Source of the DNA: Cyclobacteriaceae bacterium
GTDB lineage: Bacteria > Bacteroidota > Bacteroidia > Cytophagales > Cyclobacteriaceae
Direction: 5' to 3'
NCBI GenBank assembly: GCA_965228415.1
Contig: OZ245814.1
Span: forward strand, 2,001,125-2,065,124
Length of the DNA: 64,000 nt
Shown: positions 1-10,878 of the stretch, piece by piece
Layout: the number at the start of each line of letters is the position of its first letter
Position numbering within the stretch: position 1 is the first letter of the stretch
The notes under the pieces: generated by a model
What the model saw: only the letters and a program-made list of their open reading frames with translations
The model's database searches: none
Told to the model about the DNA's origin: nothing
Program-made: the position numbers and the translations under genes

Positions 1-827
1 GCTTCCATGAAATGTCCATTACGGCTTATACCTTTTTTAAAAATCTGGACAGAAATCAGGTGCTGGAGCTGGCCGAGGAAGTTCCAAATGGGGAGAGTTG
101 CCGGCAATTAATAAGTATTTCCGACAAATATGAAATCCCGATACTGGCAGGGTTGGTCGAAGTAGATGGCGACCATATTTATAATACCTACGTTTGTGCG
201 GACCAAGGGGAAATAATAGCCAGGTACCGCAAGATCCATCCCTTTATCAGCACCTATATGTCCGCGGGCGATGAATACGTCACCTTCAATCTGAAGGGCT
301 GGAAATGCGGGATATTGATCTGTTATGATAACAACGTTATTGAAAACGTAAGAGCAACGGCATTACTCGGAGCCGATATCATATTTGCCCCGCATGTCAC
401 CTGCTGTACGCCGTCGGCCATGCCGGGAAGAGGTTATGTGGATGACGCGCTTTGGCAGAACAGGCATAGCAATCCTCAAGCCCTGAGAACAGAGTTTGAC
501 GGCCCCAAGGGAAGAGGATGGTTACTCCGGTGGCTTCCGGCAAGGGCTTACGACAATGGTGTCTATTACGTATTTACTAACCCGGTTGGGTACGACGGCG
601 AACATTTAAAGAATGGCAACTCCATGATCCTGGATCCCTACGGTGAGATTTTGGCGGAAATTAAAAGTTTCGATGACGCCATCACCATGGCGACCCTTAC
701 CCCGGATAAATTAAAACTGGCCGGAGGCCATCGCTACAGGAATGCACGAAGACCCGATCTTTATGGCGATATCATCGGCAGAGAACACGATTCCGAAACA
801 AAACCGGTTTGGCTGCAAGAGAAATAG
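1..827 (+). CDS. Carbon-nitrogen hydrolase (nitrilase/amidase superfamily), 5'-partial at window edge
   Basis: Catalytic Cys sits in the ILICYDN motif, with conserved surrounding CN-hydrolase blocks (ARYRKIHPF, GADIIFAPH). The Cys lies only ~100 residues from the first Met, so the true N-terminus probably runs off the window start. Confidence 0.75.
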   Translation, partial: FHEMSITAYTFFKNLDRNQVLELAEEVPNGESCRQLISISDKYEIPILAGLVEVDGDHIYNTYVCADQGEIIARYRKIHPFISTYMSAGDEYVTFNLKGWKCGILICYDNNVIENVRATALLGADIIFAPHVTCCTPSAMPGRGYVDDALWQNRHSNPQALRTEFDGPKGRGWLLRWLPARAYDNGVYYVFTNPVGYDGEHLKNGNSMILDPYGEILAEIKSFDDAITMATLTPDKLKLAGGHRYRNARRPDLYGDIIGREHDSETKPVWLQEK

Positions 828-891
828 CTGAAGGCAAGACCCAATGTCCCCGGTTTGGTTTGTTTGTCTTTGATATGAACACAGCAAGAGG

Positions 892-1983
892 CTAATCCCT
901 GCTTAAAAACGCTGCTACCAGGCGATGAAAATGATGAACACCCTGTTCCATTGAGGGAGAAAAGCGTCCGGATGGATAATACCTGGATTTCACCCCCTGA
1001 TGGGTACTTTCCACGACTAATTCATCTTCCTGCTCCACTTTATCTAATGAGCCCCCGGCACCGCGGTCCAATTTGGTGCTATCGTAGACATAAGTAAGAA
1101 AAGAAACTTTGGTACGCTCCCCGGATAACGGCTTTACAATATTGATCGACAAACCCCAGGGGTAAAAATTAAACATCATATTTGGGAAAATCCAATAATA
1201 ATAGGCAGCTACATTTTTCCCATGATCTATATGACCGGCAGGGAGGTCAAAAGCCTGGGCAGGATCGTCGGTATAGGCCATTTGCAGATTAAAATACTCG
1301 TCCAGTTCCGTCGTATAACTTTCGTAATCAATAACTGCATTTAATCCTTTATGCACGTAAGGGATATGAAATCCTTCCAGGTAATTGTCACAATACAATG
1401 CCCAATGTGCATTGACAAAATAATCTTTTGACCGCTTCGCATCAAAGACAAATGCCTCCAAAGGCAAAAAATCAATCCTTTGATTAATTTTAGCCACCAC
1501 ATCGGCAAATTGAAAATCGGGCTCCAGCCCTGCAAAAACAAACGGCCCCCATGTTTCCAGAGGAAATTGATGCAGATCTTCACATGGTCTGGGGAAATTC
1601 CGGGCTTCCTTAAACTCCGGCATGTATTCAAATCGCCCCGCCAAATCAAACCTTCGTCCATGATATTGACAGATAAGTTTTTGCTGTTTTCCGGCATGCT
1701 GCACCAGCAGGTTACCGCGGTGGGTACAAACGTTGCTAAGACACCTCAATTGATTTTCCTCACTCCTGACCAACAACAGTGGTTCATCCAAAAAACCAGC
1801 AATAGGAGTAAATGGAAAGACGTCACCGGCCTTAGGGACCAGCCTGGTTCCCCCAACCCACTGCCATGATCTCCGAAATATCTTTTCCCTGATCGCTTCA
1901 AATATAGCCTTGTCCTGATAAAAGGACGCCGGTAATGTTTCGGCCCTGGTTATGTCGGGATCTACATAAAAATTATATTTCAT
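892..1983 (-). CDS. Rieske [2Fe-2S] non-heme iron oxygenase alpha-subunit-like protein
   Basis: Rieske motif CTHRGNLL...CQYHGRRF (CxH-N17-CxxH) in the N-terminal third; C-terminal catalytic domain with His-rich region. Nested ORFs on both strands are ignored. Confidence 0.8.
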   Translation of the reverse strand: MKYNFYVDPDITRAETLPASFYQDKAIFEAIREKIFRRSWQWVGGTRLVPKAGDVFPFTPIAGFLDEPLLLVRSEENQLRCLSNVCTHRGNLLVQHAGKQQKLICQYHGRRFDLAGRFEYMPEFKEARNFPRPCEDLHQFPLETWGPFVFAGLEPDFQFADVVAKINQRIDFLPLEAFVFDAKRSKDYFVNAHWALYCDNYLEGFHIPYVHKGLNAVIDYESYTTELDEYFNLQMAYTDDPAQAFDLPAGHIDHGKNVAAYYYWIFPNMMFNFYPWGLSINIVKPLSGERTKVSFLTYVYDSTKLDRGAGGSLDKVEQEDELVVESTHQGVKSRYYPSGRFSPSMEQGVHHFHRLVAAFLSRD

Positions 1984-2139
1984 AAAATTAAAGGCACCGG
2001 TCAGATTGATGGCTTCTTAAATATAATAAAGTATTGGTGGATGAAGGGAAATAAGTCAATGAATCAATTTCCGGTGTGGGTTAAAGGAAGCATTCATTGA
2101 ACAAGCCGGAATTAGAAAGTCGCCAGGTCTACCGGTGGG

Positions 2140-2862
2140 TTACATACGCCCTTCTAAAACAGTTTTATTAAAGATAGACCGGTAAGAATCTCCTATAGGC
2201 AAATATCTGTCCCTTATTTTGACTTTTCCCTTCCTGTAGGACTGTATCTTATTGATGGATACAATGTAAGATTTATGTATCCTTACAAAAGCATCGTGAG
2301 GCAATACACTTTCGAGGGATTTTAAGCTTTTAATGGTGAGGACCGGTTGTTGTTCACCGGTAAAGACCTTCAAATAGTCTTTATAACCTTCAATATATTC
2401 AATATCACTTAAGTTAATTTTAATGATATTATGTGTTGATTTTACAAATATGTAGTCGTCGACCCCCTGATGCTGATCCCTTTCCGGGATGCCAACAGGT
2501 CTTTTTTGCATTAGGTCATAGGCTTTGTCTGTGGCGCGTAAAAGCCGGTTGAATGAAAATGGTTTTAACAGATAATCTACCGCGTTTAATTCAAATCCCT
2601 CCACTGCATATTGCTCAAAGGCGGTCGTCATGATAACTTTTGGAGGGTTTTGCAGACTTCTAAAAAAATCAATACCTGAAAAATCCGGCATATGGATATC
2701 CAGGAATATTAAGTCCACCTTATTTTTCTTTAAAAAATTAAGCGCTTTAAAAGAATTCTCAAAGCTTTCCATTAAACTTAAATAAGGGATTTTAACCACA
2801 TATTCCTCCAATAATTCGATGGCCAGTGGCTCGTCGTCGATAATAATAATGTTGATCGTCAT
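2140..2862 (-). CDS. LytTR-family two-component response regulator
   Basis: N-terminal receiver domain (IIIIDDEPLA...LDIHMPDFSG) and C-terminal LytTR DNA-binding domain. Its stop overlaps the upstream kinase start by 4 nt. Confidence 0.85.
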   Translation of the reverse strand: MTINIIIIDDEPLAIELLEEYVVKIPYLSLMESFENSFKALNFLKKNKVDLIFLDIHMPDFSGIDFFRSLQNPPKVIMTTAFEQYAVEGFELNAVDYLLKPFSFNRLLRATDKAYDLMQKRPVGIPERDQHQGVDDYIFVKSTHNIIKINLSDIEYIEGYKDYLKVFTGEQQPVLTIKSLKSLESVLPHDAFVRIHKSYIVSINKIQSYRKGKVKIRDRYLPIGDSYRSIFNKTVLEGRM

Positions 2863-3911
2863 ACCAATATTGTTAACTTGGTTTGGTAATAATCATGCCC
2901 GTCATTGATCTTTAATTCATAGCGCTCCGGATAAGATAAGTTTAATCGTCTGATCGTATTGGACAGCCCGATCCCGGCATGCTCGTTGACTGTATCAAGT
3001 GTAGCGGTATTGGTCTTTTTTTTGGTGTTGTAAACTTCAAAGACCACAATGTTAGCCTCGGCTTTCAAGCTAACAGACACCAGTGAGTCCTTATTGTAGG
3101 AAACGCCGTGTTTAAATGCATTTTCCAAAAAGGGTATAAATATCAAAGGTTCAATGAATGTACCGGAAAAGTTACCACTTTCCTTAAAGTCAATCCTCAC
3201 CGACTCTTTTTTTGAAATTCTTAATCGTTGCAGGGCAATGTAATTCTTCAGGCCCTGAATCTCCTGCGTAAGTTTAATCTGGCTGCGGGACGACTCATAT
3301 AGGATGTATCGCATCAGATCTGATAATAATAACACCGCCTGGCTGGCATTTTTGGGGCTTCTTTGTATCAGTGAATAAATGCTGTTTAAAGAGTTAAAAA
3401 GAAAATGTGGGTTTACCTGCGACTTTAAAAAGGCAAGCTCAGCATATAATTTTTCTTTTTTTACCTCCTCTTTTTCCCTGCGCTGTTTTTCCGAATTTAA
3501 AATCATTTCAAAACTGGTACCAATGGAAAAGCTTAACAAAAACGGAAAAATCAGTTGCAGTGGGGTAAAGGGTCTTGGATTTAAGGGTTTCATTTGGAAA
3601 ATCTTGATATCCCTAAAATCAGTTGAACTAAAAAAGGATCTAAGCAGCACATTGGAGCTAAAAATGAGTATAAATGATAGCATGATAGATCCAACATACA
3701 ATTTATAACGTTGCTTACTGAGTAACCTCGGGATAAGTACAAAGACGTTAAGGAGATAAAAAAGCACCAGGAGAGAAGTCTGAATTGTTAGTAATTTCAT
3801 CAAATCAGTGTTATGACGTAAAGGAATAAATAGTCTCGGCAGAGAAATCATTACCACCAAAATCAAAAGATGGAATGCTGCTCTGTACTTTTTTACATGT
3901 ACTGTATTCAT
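2859..3911 (-). CDS. Sensor histidine kinase (LytS/His_kinase PF06580-type) with multi-TM N-terminal sensor
   Basis: Several N-terminal TM helices and the NPHFLFNSLNSIYSLI histidine-kinase internal motif, followed by a C-terminal HATPase region. Translationally coupled to the LytTR regulator. Confidence 0.8.
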   Translation of the reverse strand: MNTVHVKKYRAAFHLLILVVMISLPRLFIPLRHNTDLMKLLTIQTSLLVLFYLLNVFVLIPRLLSKQRYKLYVGSIMLSFILIFSSNVLLRSFFSSTDFRDIKIFQMKPLNPRPFTPLQLIFPFLLSFSIGTSFEMILNSEKQRREKEEVKKEKLYAELAFLKSQVNPHFLFNSLNSIYSLIQRSPKNASQAVLLLSDLMRYILYESSRSQIKLTQEIQGLKNYIALQRLRISKKESVRIDFKESGNFSGTFIEPLIFIPFLENAFKHGVSYNKDSLVSVSLKAEANIVVFEVYNTKKKTNTATLDTVNEHAGIGLSNTIRRLNLSYPERYELKINDGHDYYQTKLTILV

Positions 3912-3947
3912 ACCTTAATTTTCCTCTCCTTAAATATCACTTATCTT

Positions 3948-4988
3948 TTAATCATCCTCATCAAAAATATCATCAGGTAAAAATTCCCACATATCATCAA
4001 ATCGCCTGGTTCCACTTTGACCTGTGGTAACAAATATTCTACCGTTGAGGATAAAACTTACCGCTGCTGTCCTGGAGGCGCCTTCGAAGGCTGTCTTGTC
4101 CTCCCATGCATTATTGGCCGGATTAAATTCCCACACTGAGCTTTGTATCGTGCCATTGGATCCGCCCACTATGTAACCTTTGCCGTTAAACCCAAACGCA
4201 ATGGCATCGTGACGCTGTGTTGCCTGAAGATATTCATCGTAATAATCATCTTCATCATCCAGCGACCGGCTTGTCCAGGAGTTATCGGCTGGATTAAATT
4301 CCCAGAAGTCATCTTCATATAACCCGTTATTCCTGCCGGCTCCCACATAGGCAAGCCCGTCGATCACAAAAGCCAGTCCCTCCTCTCTTTTTTGCCCTGG
4401 TAAACTCCTGATTTCTGTCCAGCTGTCGTTAGATGGATTATATTGCCAGAAATCATTGTTAAAATTGTCACCATCAAAGCCTGTTCCCAGATATCCCAGA
4501 CCATTTAAACTAAAACCTACTGCATTGTATCGCCGGGTTCCTGCAAAATCCTTTAGTTTGGTCCAGCTATCCGTTCCCGGATCATACTTCCAAAAATCCT
4601 TCAACTCTTCAACATCTTCATCGCGATTGTATCCTACACCTACATAACCAATGCCATTAATGCTAAAGGCGACCGCTCTTTCCCTTAAAGTGCCGGGAAA
4701 AGAGTCCTTCTGTTGCCAGATACCGCTTGCGGGATCAAACTCATAAAAATCAGGCAAATAATCATCTCCGTCATAACCTAATCCGACGTAGGCTTTATCG
4801 CCGGCGGTAAAGGCAATGGCCCCTGATCGGGGTCTGCCCCTGAACGGAGTGGTTTCTACCCAGTTGCCCTCATCATCATCCTCTTCAGATGATTCATCAC
4901 AGGCGGTAAAACTAAAAACAGTGGTAACCAATAATACCGGATATACCAGTTGGCGGTTCATAAAATCCATTATCATACTCAAAATCAT
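3948..4988 (-). CDS. Kelch-repeat beta-propeller lipoprotein
   Basis: Signal peptide with lipobox FSFTAC. Six repeats of the pattern G.GYxGDDxxxDFWEFxP, i.e. Kelch/galactose-oxidase-type blades. Confidence 0.7.
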   Translation of the reverse strand: MILSMIMDFMNRQLVYPVLLVTTVFSFTACDESSEEDDDEGNWVETTPFRGRPRSGAIAFTAGDKAYVGLGYDGDDYLPDFYEFDPASGIWQQKDSFPGTLRERAVAFSINGIGYVGVGYNRDEDVEELKDFWKYDPGTDSWTKLKDFAGTRRYNAVGFSLNGLGYLGTGFDGDNFNNDFWQYNPSNDSWTEIRSLPGQKREEGLAFVIDGLAYVGAGRNNGLYEDDFWEFNPADNSWTSRSLDDEDDYYDEYLQATQRHDAIAFGFNGKGYIVGGSNGTIQSSVWEFNPANNAWEDKTAFEGASRTAAVSFILNGRIFVTTGQSGTRRFDDMWEFLPDDIFDEDD

Positions 4989-5007
4989 TTTTTCCGTTTT
5001 CTTAAAT

Positions 5008-6333
5008 TCAATCTTCTATTAGTGAAATGTATAATACCGTCAGTTCCATTTGATACTTGTTTTCCGGATCACCTACATAAACCCTGTCGACGGTACTGCG
5101 AAAAATACTGTCAGGAGGTGTGAGCAACAGGGCATTTTCATTAAACTCATCAATTTGTATCTGGCTTTTAATAAATGAAACAATGTTAGCCTCGTATTTT
5201 GTATCGCGGCCAAGTTCCAGATCCTCCTGGAAAAGCAACTGCTGTTCCAGGCTACCAAGGATCTCATTGTCTTCATCAATTATATAGGTAATGATATCTC
5301 TTGGCAAAGGGGTGCCTCCGTCAAAAGAATTATTTACCGGTCTCAAGGTCAGTATGGCGCTGCTGATGAAAAAATCGTCGCTAGAAAAAATCAGGCCTTT
5401 AATATTTGGGATCATCACTTTAAGCCCCAACCCAACGCCGGATTGTATGTACAATTCATTATCGGTAACACCGGAACTGAGATCTTCTTCCAGTCTCGTT
5501 AAATCACCCAGTTTTGTATTGGTGCGATCGTAAGTTATCTGACTAAAATATGGTTCGGTCCCTATAGAGAATTCCAGGTATTTTTGCCGGGAAGGTATGC
5601 TGGATCTATCCTGATAATATAACCTTAATTGAGAGTTTGGGGTAAATCCCACAATACTATTGCTTTGAAGGGAGTCCGGTACCAGAGCAAATCCGTTAAA
5701 ATATTCCGAAAACTCCGTGGCGTCGCTCATAATTTCACTACCCTCAAAAGCCAACTGGACCAACGCCTCTCCCATTTCATCTGAAAGCCTCACCTCAACC
5801 CCCTCATCCCGCGAAGGCCTTGGACGAACAGACATGCTCCCCAACAGACTGTCTTCCAGATAGTTGCCAAGGGGCCGTTCGCTATAGCTTGTATTGTAAA
5901 GAAGTCCGGTATCCTCCCGGAATTCCAATTTTTCCTTCAAGCCATAGAGGGTATAGCCCTGCTCCTGTAAGGTATCATAATAATAATAGCCATCAAACTC
6001 AAGAAACAGGGTAATAGAGTCATAAACGGAGATGGACTGATCCAACTCATAAGTGGAGTCCAACCCCACGTTAAAAAAAACAGTTGATTTTATCTTCCCC
6101 AATTTTTCATCTTCCCCGTGGCCAAACAATAACCTGCCGGTATGGCTTGTAGGTAAACTGTCAAATTGCACCGTTGAGGTCATTAATTCCAGTGTGTCTA
6201 CATAAGTGATCTCGAAAGACTCTTCGCTAAAGAAATCCGAATCTATCGTATTCGGCTCCTCGGTGCAGGCCATCATTGCCATGGCCATTATCAATAAAAA
6301 AAGACAATCTATTCGCATATTTTCTTTGAACAT
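5008..6333 (-). CDS. Hypothetical lipoprotein (possibly DUF4270-like)
   Basis: Signal peptide plus lipobox MMAC; a 441-aa beta-rich protein with no recognisable catalytic motif. Confidence 0.45.
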   Translation of the reverse strand: MFKENMRIDCLFLLIMAMAMMACTEEPNTIDSDFFSEESFEITYVDTLELMTSTVQFDSLPTSHTGRLLFGHGEDEKLGKIKSTVFFNVGLDSTYELDQSISVYDSITLFLEFDGYYYYDTLQEQGYTLYGLKEKLEFREDTGLLYNTSYSERPLGNYLEDSLLGSMSVRPRPSRDEGVEVRLSDEMGEALVQLAFEGSEIMSDATEFSEYFNGFALVPDSLQSNSIVGFTPNSQLRLYYQDRSSIPSRQKYLEFSIGTEPYFSQITYDRTNTKLGDLTRLEEDLSSGVTDNELYIQSGVGLGLKVMIPNIKGLIFSSDDFFISSAILTLRPVNNSFDGGTPLPRDIITYIIDEDNEILGSLEQQLLFQEDLELGRDTKYEANIVSFIKSQIQIDEFNENALLLTPPDSIFRSTVDRVYVGDPENKYQMELTVLYISLIED

Positions 6334-6724
6334 ATCCGAAGTTAATTTTGACGTATCTCCCTCTCAAATATTATATACCAGCCGCCGGTGTTTATCTACT
6401 TAGATGCCGACTTCATAGAAAACCAGACAGCCTTCCAACAAAGCCGTGTTGGTCGTACAAACCTGCATTTTGAGCATGATAATGACCGTGTTGGTAGTTT
6501 TTCCAATTGAAAGGCAACCTTCACAGATGTTATCGTATCGCCCACTGCGGTCCGTAAAACCAGTGGTTTATCCGGGTATGGTTGCTTTTAATCTATTTCC
6601 GGGGCAAATACATCGATCAATGGGTTCATAGCAAAAACAGGTATGCTTTACCAGGAAAAATGGGGTTTAGTCTAGTTTAATTGCAGGTCGGCTGGCAGTC
6701 GATACTTTAGCAGCAACAATATGC

Positions 6725-7981
6725 ATGAATATCATGAAATACACGAATTTCCAACTACTCCCGGTGCTTATAATGATCTCTTTCATTTCAAGCATCGATA
6801 CCAAAGCGCAAAGCATCGCCGGCTCGGCCTATACTGTTTTTGGAATAGGTGATTTGATACCCAAACAATCAGCGATAAACAAGGCGCTGGGGGGAAATGG
6901 CATCGGGTTAAGAAGTGACCTGTATATTAATTTGCAAAACCCTGCCTCGCTTACTGCCATCACCAGTCCGGTCACGCAGATATTTGAAATGGGCGCTCAC
7001 GTGGAATTTGACCGGTACAAAACCTCGGATGCCGAAGAAACCGGCACAAGTGGGAATCTCAGCAACCTAAACCTATGGTTCAGGCTTTCTCCACGGTGGG
7101 CCGTGGCCATAGGGTTTTCTCCCTACAGTAAGGTAGACTATGATATTACTACCCAACGAAATCTGGGCGCTTTATCAACGGCAAGCGCCATTAATTATCA
7201 GGGAAGTGGCGGCTTTAATCAGGTATACTTTGGTAACGGTTTTCAAGTCACCAAAAATTTATCGGTCGGCTTCAACAGCGCTTTTCTCTTTGGTTCTATT
7301 CTGAAAACCGAAATCGTTGAATCATTGGATTTGTCCAATACCTTCAGGGTGGAAAATCAGCTGTTCATGAATAAAGTGTTATTCGATTTTGGGGCCCAAT
7401 ACAGTGTATTCTTACCTAAATCGATCATTACGGTAGGCACTACTTTTGCCTATGAAACAGCCTTTTCCGTCACCAAAGAAGCTACCTTGTTTGAGTCCGA
7501 CTTAAATACGATCAGCGGGGAAACAACCACGGAGGATAATTACCGGCTTCCTTTAACAGCGGGAGTCGGCTTATCATTCAGCAGCCTTAAATCAACCATC
7601 TCGGCCGATATAAAATATCAAAACTGGTTCGCCGCCTCATTTAGCGATGACAATGGATTCCGGGATATTTATCACTACTCATTGGGCTACGAATACAAAG
7701 CCAATTTTTCCAGCGACCATAATCTCAATATGGTCGGTTTCAGATCCGGCATTTTTTATAAAGACAATTACCTGGACCTGGCAGATGGCACCTTTGCAGA
7801 ATGGGGATTTAACTTTGGCATTGGCATTCCAGTTCAGGGCAATAAAACCACTTTAAATCTCAATTACAGCTACCTGAAGCGAGGCACTACCAACAACGGC
7901 TTAATCGAAGAAAACGCCAGTTTAATTAATTTTGACGTGGTCATCAGAGACGCCTGGTTTATCAGAAGAAAATTTAATTAG
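6725..7981 (+). CDS. Outer-membrane beta-barrel protein, FadL/PorV-like
   Basis: Signal peptide, N-terminal block AQSIAGSAYTVFGIGD...NPASLT resembling the FadL/Toluene_X/PorV N-terminal signature, and alternating amphipathic beta-strand pattern throughout. Confidence 0.5.
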   Translation: MNIMKYTNFQLLPVLIMISFISSIDTKAQSIAGSAYTVFGIGDLIPKQSAINKALGGNGIGLRSDLYINLQNPASLTAITSPVTQIFEMGAHVEFDRYKTSDAEETGTSGNLSNLNLWFRLSPRWAVAIGFSPYSKVDYDITTQRNLGALSTASAINYQGSGGFNQVYFGNGFQVTKNLSVGFNSAFLFGSILKTEIVESLDLSNTFRVENQLFMNKVLFDFGAQYSVFLPKSIITVGTTFAYETAFSVTKEATLFESDLNTISGETTTEDNYRLPLTAGVGLSFSSLKSTISADIKYQNWFAASFSDDNGFRDIYHYSLGYEYKANFSSDHNLNMVGFRSGIFYKDNYLDLADGTFAEWGFNFGIGIPVQGNKTTLNLNYSYLKRGTTNNGLIEENASLINFDVVIRDAWFIRRKFN

Positions 7982-8093
7982 CGAGCGTGATTCCCGACAG
8001 CTACTTTTGAATCAAAATCATTCTCAATACCCGGGTTATCACGCCCTGCCCGGTAAATCCATACAAAAAGCCGGTGGCCGGCATACCGGTTTA

Positions 8094-10559
8094 TTACTCG
8101 TACTTCAGAGAGTCCACCGGATTTAATTTCGCGGCCTTCAGGGTCTGATAGCTCATGGCAAAAAAAGCGACGATAACCACTGTCAAAGACGCCAGCGATA
8201 ACAGAAGCCAATTGACCCGTACCCTCGTGGCAAAATCCTGGAGCCAGTTATCCATGATAAAATAAACCAGTGGCAGGCCCAGGACGCAGGCAATGACTAT
8301 CAGCTGAAGGAATTCTTTAGACAAAAGCGCCATAATGCCTGAAACAGAAGAACCCAGTACCTTTCGTACACCTATTTCCTTCGTTTTACGCTGAGCAGTA
8401 TAGGCCGATAAACCATACAAACCCAAACACCCTACTATCAGTGCAATAATTGCAAACAAGCCAAATAAGCTTCCAAAGTTCTGCTCGTTTTGATACTGGC
8501 GATTGAAATAATCATCCAGGAAAAAATAGTCAAAGGGATTGCCCGGAAATGCTTTTTCCCAGGAAGTGCGGACATGCTCAATGGTCTGGGGTAAATTATG
8601 GGTGCTGATGTTCATCGAATAATATTCGCCGCCATTAATGGTGCAATAAAATGCCATTGGATCCCGCTGTTTTTTCAACGACTCCTGGTGATAATCATTT
8701 ACCATACCAACCACGATAGGTTTCCATCCAAATTGCGGGACTTCAAGGGTTTGTCCTACAATATCCTCAGGATTATCGAACCCGAGTAACTTCGCCGCTG
8801 ATACGGATAGTACAAGAGAGGTGTCCGGGTCATTGACAAAGTCCTCGGAAAATACTCTGCCAGCCAGTAACTCCATTTCAAAAACATCCATAAAATCATG
8901 ATCCATGCTATTCCATCTTAGGATCACTACGTCATCATCCGGAGCGCCATATTTTTTGACACCAATTTTGTATTCCCGTTTATGTCCCGGTATGGTGCCC
9001 GTGGCAGAAACGGCTTTAATCGAAGGAGATCGCAACAATTCATCTCTGAACACTTTAATATTGCTGGCAAATTCAGCCCTGTCACGGCTGGCGACGCTTG
9101 GTCTTTCAATCGTAAGGATCTGGTCTATTTTCATACCAATATCCTGATCCATGAGGTAATTCATCTGCTGGTAAACGGTTAAAGTACCGCCAATCAATAC
9201 CACGGAAGCCATGAATTGAAAGGTCACCAATGACTTTCTGAAAAAGACCCCGCTCCCGCTATTTCTTAACTTGCCTTTCAGAACGGTAACAGGATGGAAT
9301 GAAGACAGCACGAAGGAGGGATAAACGCCGGATAACAGTGTGCCTACCAACCATAAACCCAACAGTGTAAGCCCAAACCAGGGTTGCAACAAATAGGTTG
9401 CCGTATTCTCAACCCCGATAATCCGGTTAAAATAGGGTAAGGCCAATAACATAATCACCATCGACAATATGATCGCCAGCAGGTTAATCAGGCCTGATTC
9501 GATCATGAATTGGGTTATTAACTGATTTTTAAAAGCACCCATGGATTTCCTGACACCTACCTCCCCTGCCCTTTCAAGGGCTTTGGCCGTTGCCAGGTTG
9601 ATATAGTTTACCCAGGCGATGAACAAAATAAAAAAGCCAATGATAGTCAAAAATAGCACCCTGTTGGCATCTCCATTTATTTCTGCTTCTTCGGCCAGGT
9701 TTGAATGGAGGTGAATATCTTTTATTCGCTGTAATTTGAGTTCTCTCCTAAACGAATTACGATCCTGGTCAGGATTATATTTATTGACAATTGTCGCAAA
9801 TTTTGAGGACAAAAGGTCCGGGTCGGTTTCAGGTCGTACCAGCAGGTAAGTGTACATATCCTTTCGCTGCCAGGATTTATCATACCTGTCCGGTGCGTTC
9901 TCGAAGCGGCCAAACAAAGTCTTATACGAAAACAAGATATCAAACTTTAAATGTGTGTTTTTAGGCAGGTCCTTGAAAACAGCGGTCACCTCGCAGGTTT
10001 CATCATTAAAGTCGTCATCTTGCAATCTCAGATTTTTTCCAATCGGGTCGGCGTCTCCGAAATACTTTTTGGCATATGTTTCTGAAATAGCCGTTGTATT
10101 GGGTTTGCTTAAGGCGGTTGCCGGGTCACCTGCAATTATCTGATAACCAAACATCGGCAGAAAGGATGAGTCGGCATACATAAAGCGACGATGTTTGAAA
10201 CGGACCGGACCCGCCGGTCCATCCTCATAGGTGATCACAATGTTATTTTTATAACCTAAATTATACAGGCGCGCATAGTCTATTACTTCCGGCAGCTCCG
10301 CTTTTAGCGCCGGACCCACAGCAGGATAATTCTCAGCACTGCGCATGAATAGTTCATTGTTGCGAAATTGATTCAATTGTACCCGGTAGATATGGTCGGC
10401 TTTCTCAAAAAACTTGTCGTAACTCTTTTCAAATACGACATACTGCAAAATGAGTAAAAATGCAGCCATACCCATGGCCAGGCCAAAAATATTGATAAAC
10501 GAGAATACTTTTTCCTTGAACAGATTGCGGAAGGCGATCTTGAGATAGTTCTTTAGCAT
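8094..10559 (-). CDS. ABC transporter permease, FtsX/MacB-like with two FtsX domains
   Basis: Classic Bacteroidota ~800-aa FtsX-family N-terminus (MLKNYLKIAFRNLFKEKVFSFINIFGLAMGMA), two 4-TM FtsX modules and large periplasmic domains. Confidence 0.85.
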   Translation of the reverse strand: MLKNYLKIAFRNLFKEKVFSFINIFGLAMGMAAFLLILQYVVFEKSYDKFFEKADHIYRVQLNQFRNNELFMRSAENYPAVGPALKAELPEVIDYARLYNLGYKNNIVITYEDGPAGPVRFKHRRFMYADSSFLPMFGYQIIAGDPATALSKPNTTAISETYAKKYFGDADPIGKNLRLQDDDFNDETCEVTAVFKDLPKNTHLKFDILFSYKTLFGRFENAPDRYDKSWQRKDMYTYLLVRPETDPDLLSSKFATIVNKYNPDQDRNSFRRELKLQRIKDIHLHSNLAEEAEINGDANRVLFLTIIGFFILFIAWVNYINLATAKALERAGEVGVRKSMGAFKNQLITQFMIESGLINLLAIILSMVIMLLALPYFNRIIGVENTATYLLQPWFGLTLLGLWLVGTLLSGVYPSFVLSSFHPVTVLKGKLRNSGSGVFFRKSLVTFQFMASVVLIGGTLTVYQQMNYLMDQDIGMKIDQILTIERPSVASRDRAEFASNIKVFRDELLRSPSIKAVSATGTIPGHKREYKIGVKKYGAPDDDVVILRWNSMDHDFMDVFEMELLAGRVFSEDFVNDPDTSLVLSVSAAKLLGFDNPEDIVGQTLEVPQFGWKPIVVGMVNDYHQESLKKQRDPMAFYCTINGGEYYSMNISTHNLPQTIEHVRTSWEKAFPGNPFDYFFLDDYFNRQYQNEQNFGSLFGLFAIIALIVGCLGLYGLSAYTAQRKTKEIGVRKVLGSSVSGIMALLSKEFLQLIVIACVLGLPLVYFIMDNWLQDFATRVRVNWLLLSLASLTVVIVAFFAMSYQTLKAAKLNPVDSLKYE

Positions 10560-10878
10560 GATTGTTGTTGTTTTGAGTTTTACTTTGAGTTCTTTTGTTC
10601 TTACAAGATATCATTTATTGGTATGCCTAGCAAGCATTTTATAGTCAATTTGGGATATCGGGGCGGTATGCTTTATACAGACCATGTGCTATTTGATAGG
10701 AAATTTGATTACGCAGTATTAAAAATTCAGCTATCTTGACGATAATAATTTTTGGAATAATCAGTTACAACGGTTAGGAGTTTTTCTGCGTCTTAATTAT
10801 ATCACATGTAAAATACCACTGGACGCTGCATGAACGATTTTACCGATAAATCATGTTGAATAAAATAACAAGTGATCT

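Noticed and set aside
1341-1869. Two ORFs (118 aa on the minus strand, 129 aa on the plus strand) nested inside the Rieske oxygenase gene
   Set aside because: They are fully embedded in or antisense to a strongly supported CDS and have no motifs. They are typical spurious frames.
8598-9182. Several 60–80-aa ORFs on both strands inside the FtsX permease gene
   Set aside because: They are embedded in a confidently called 821-aa CDS.
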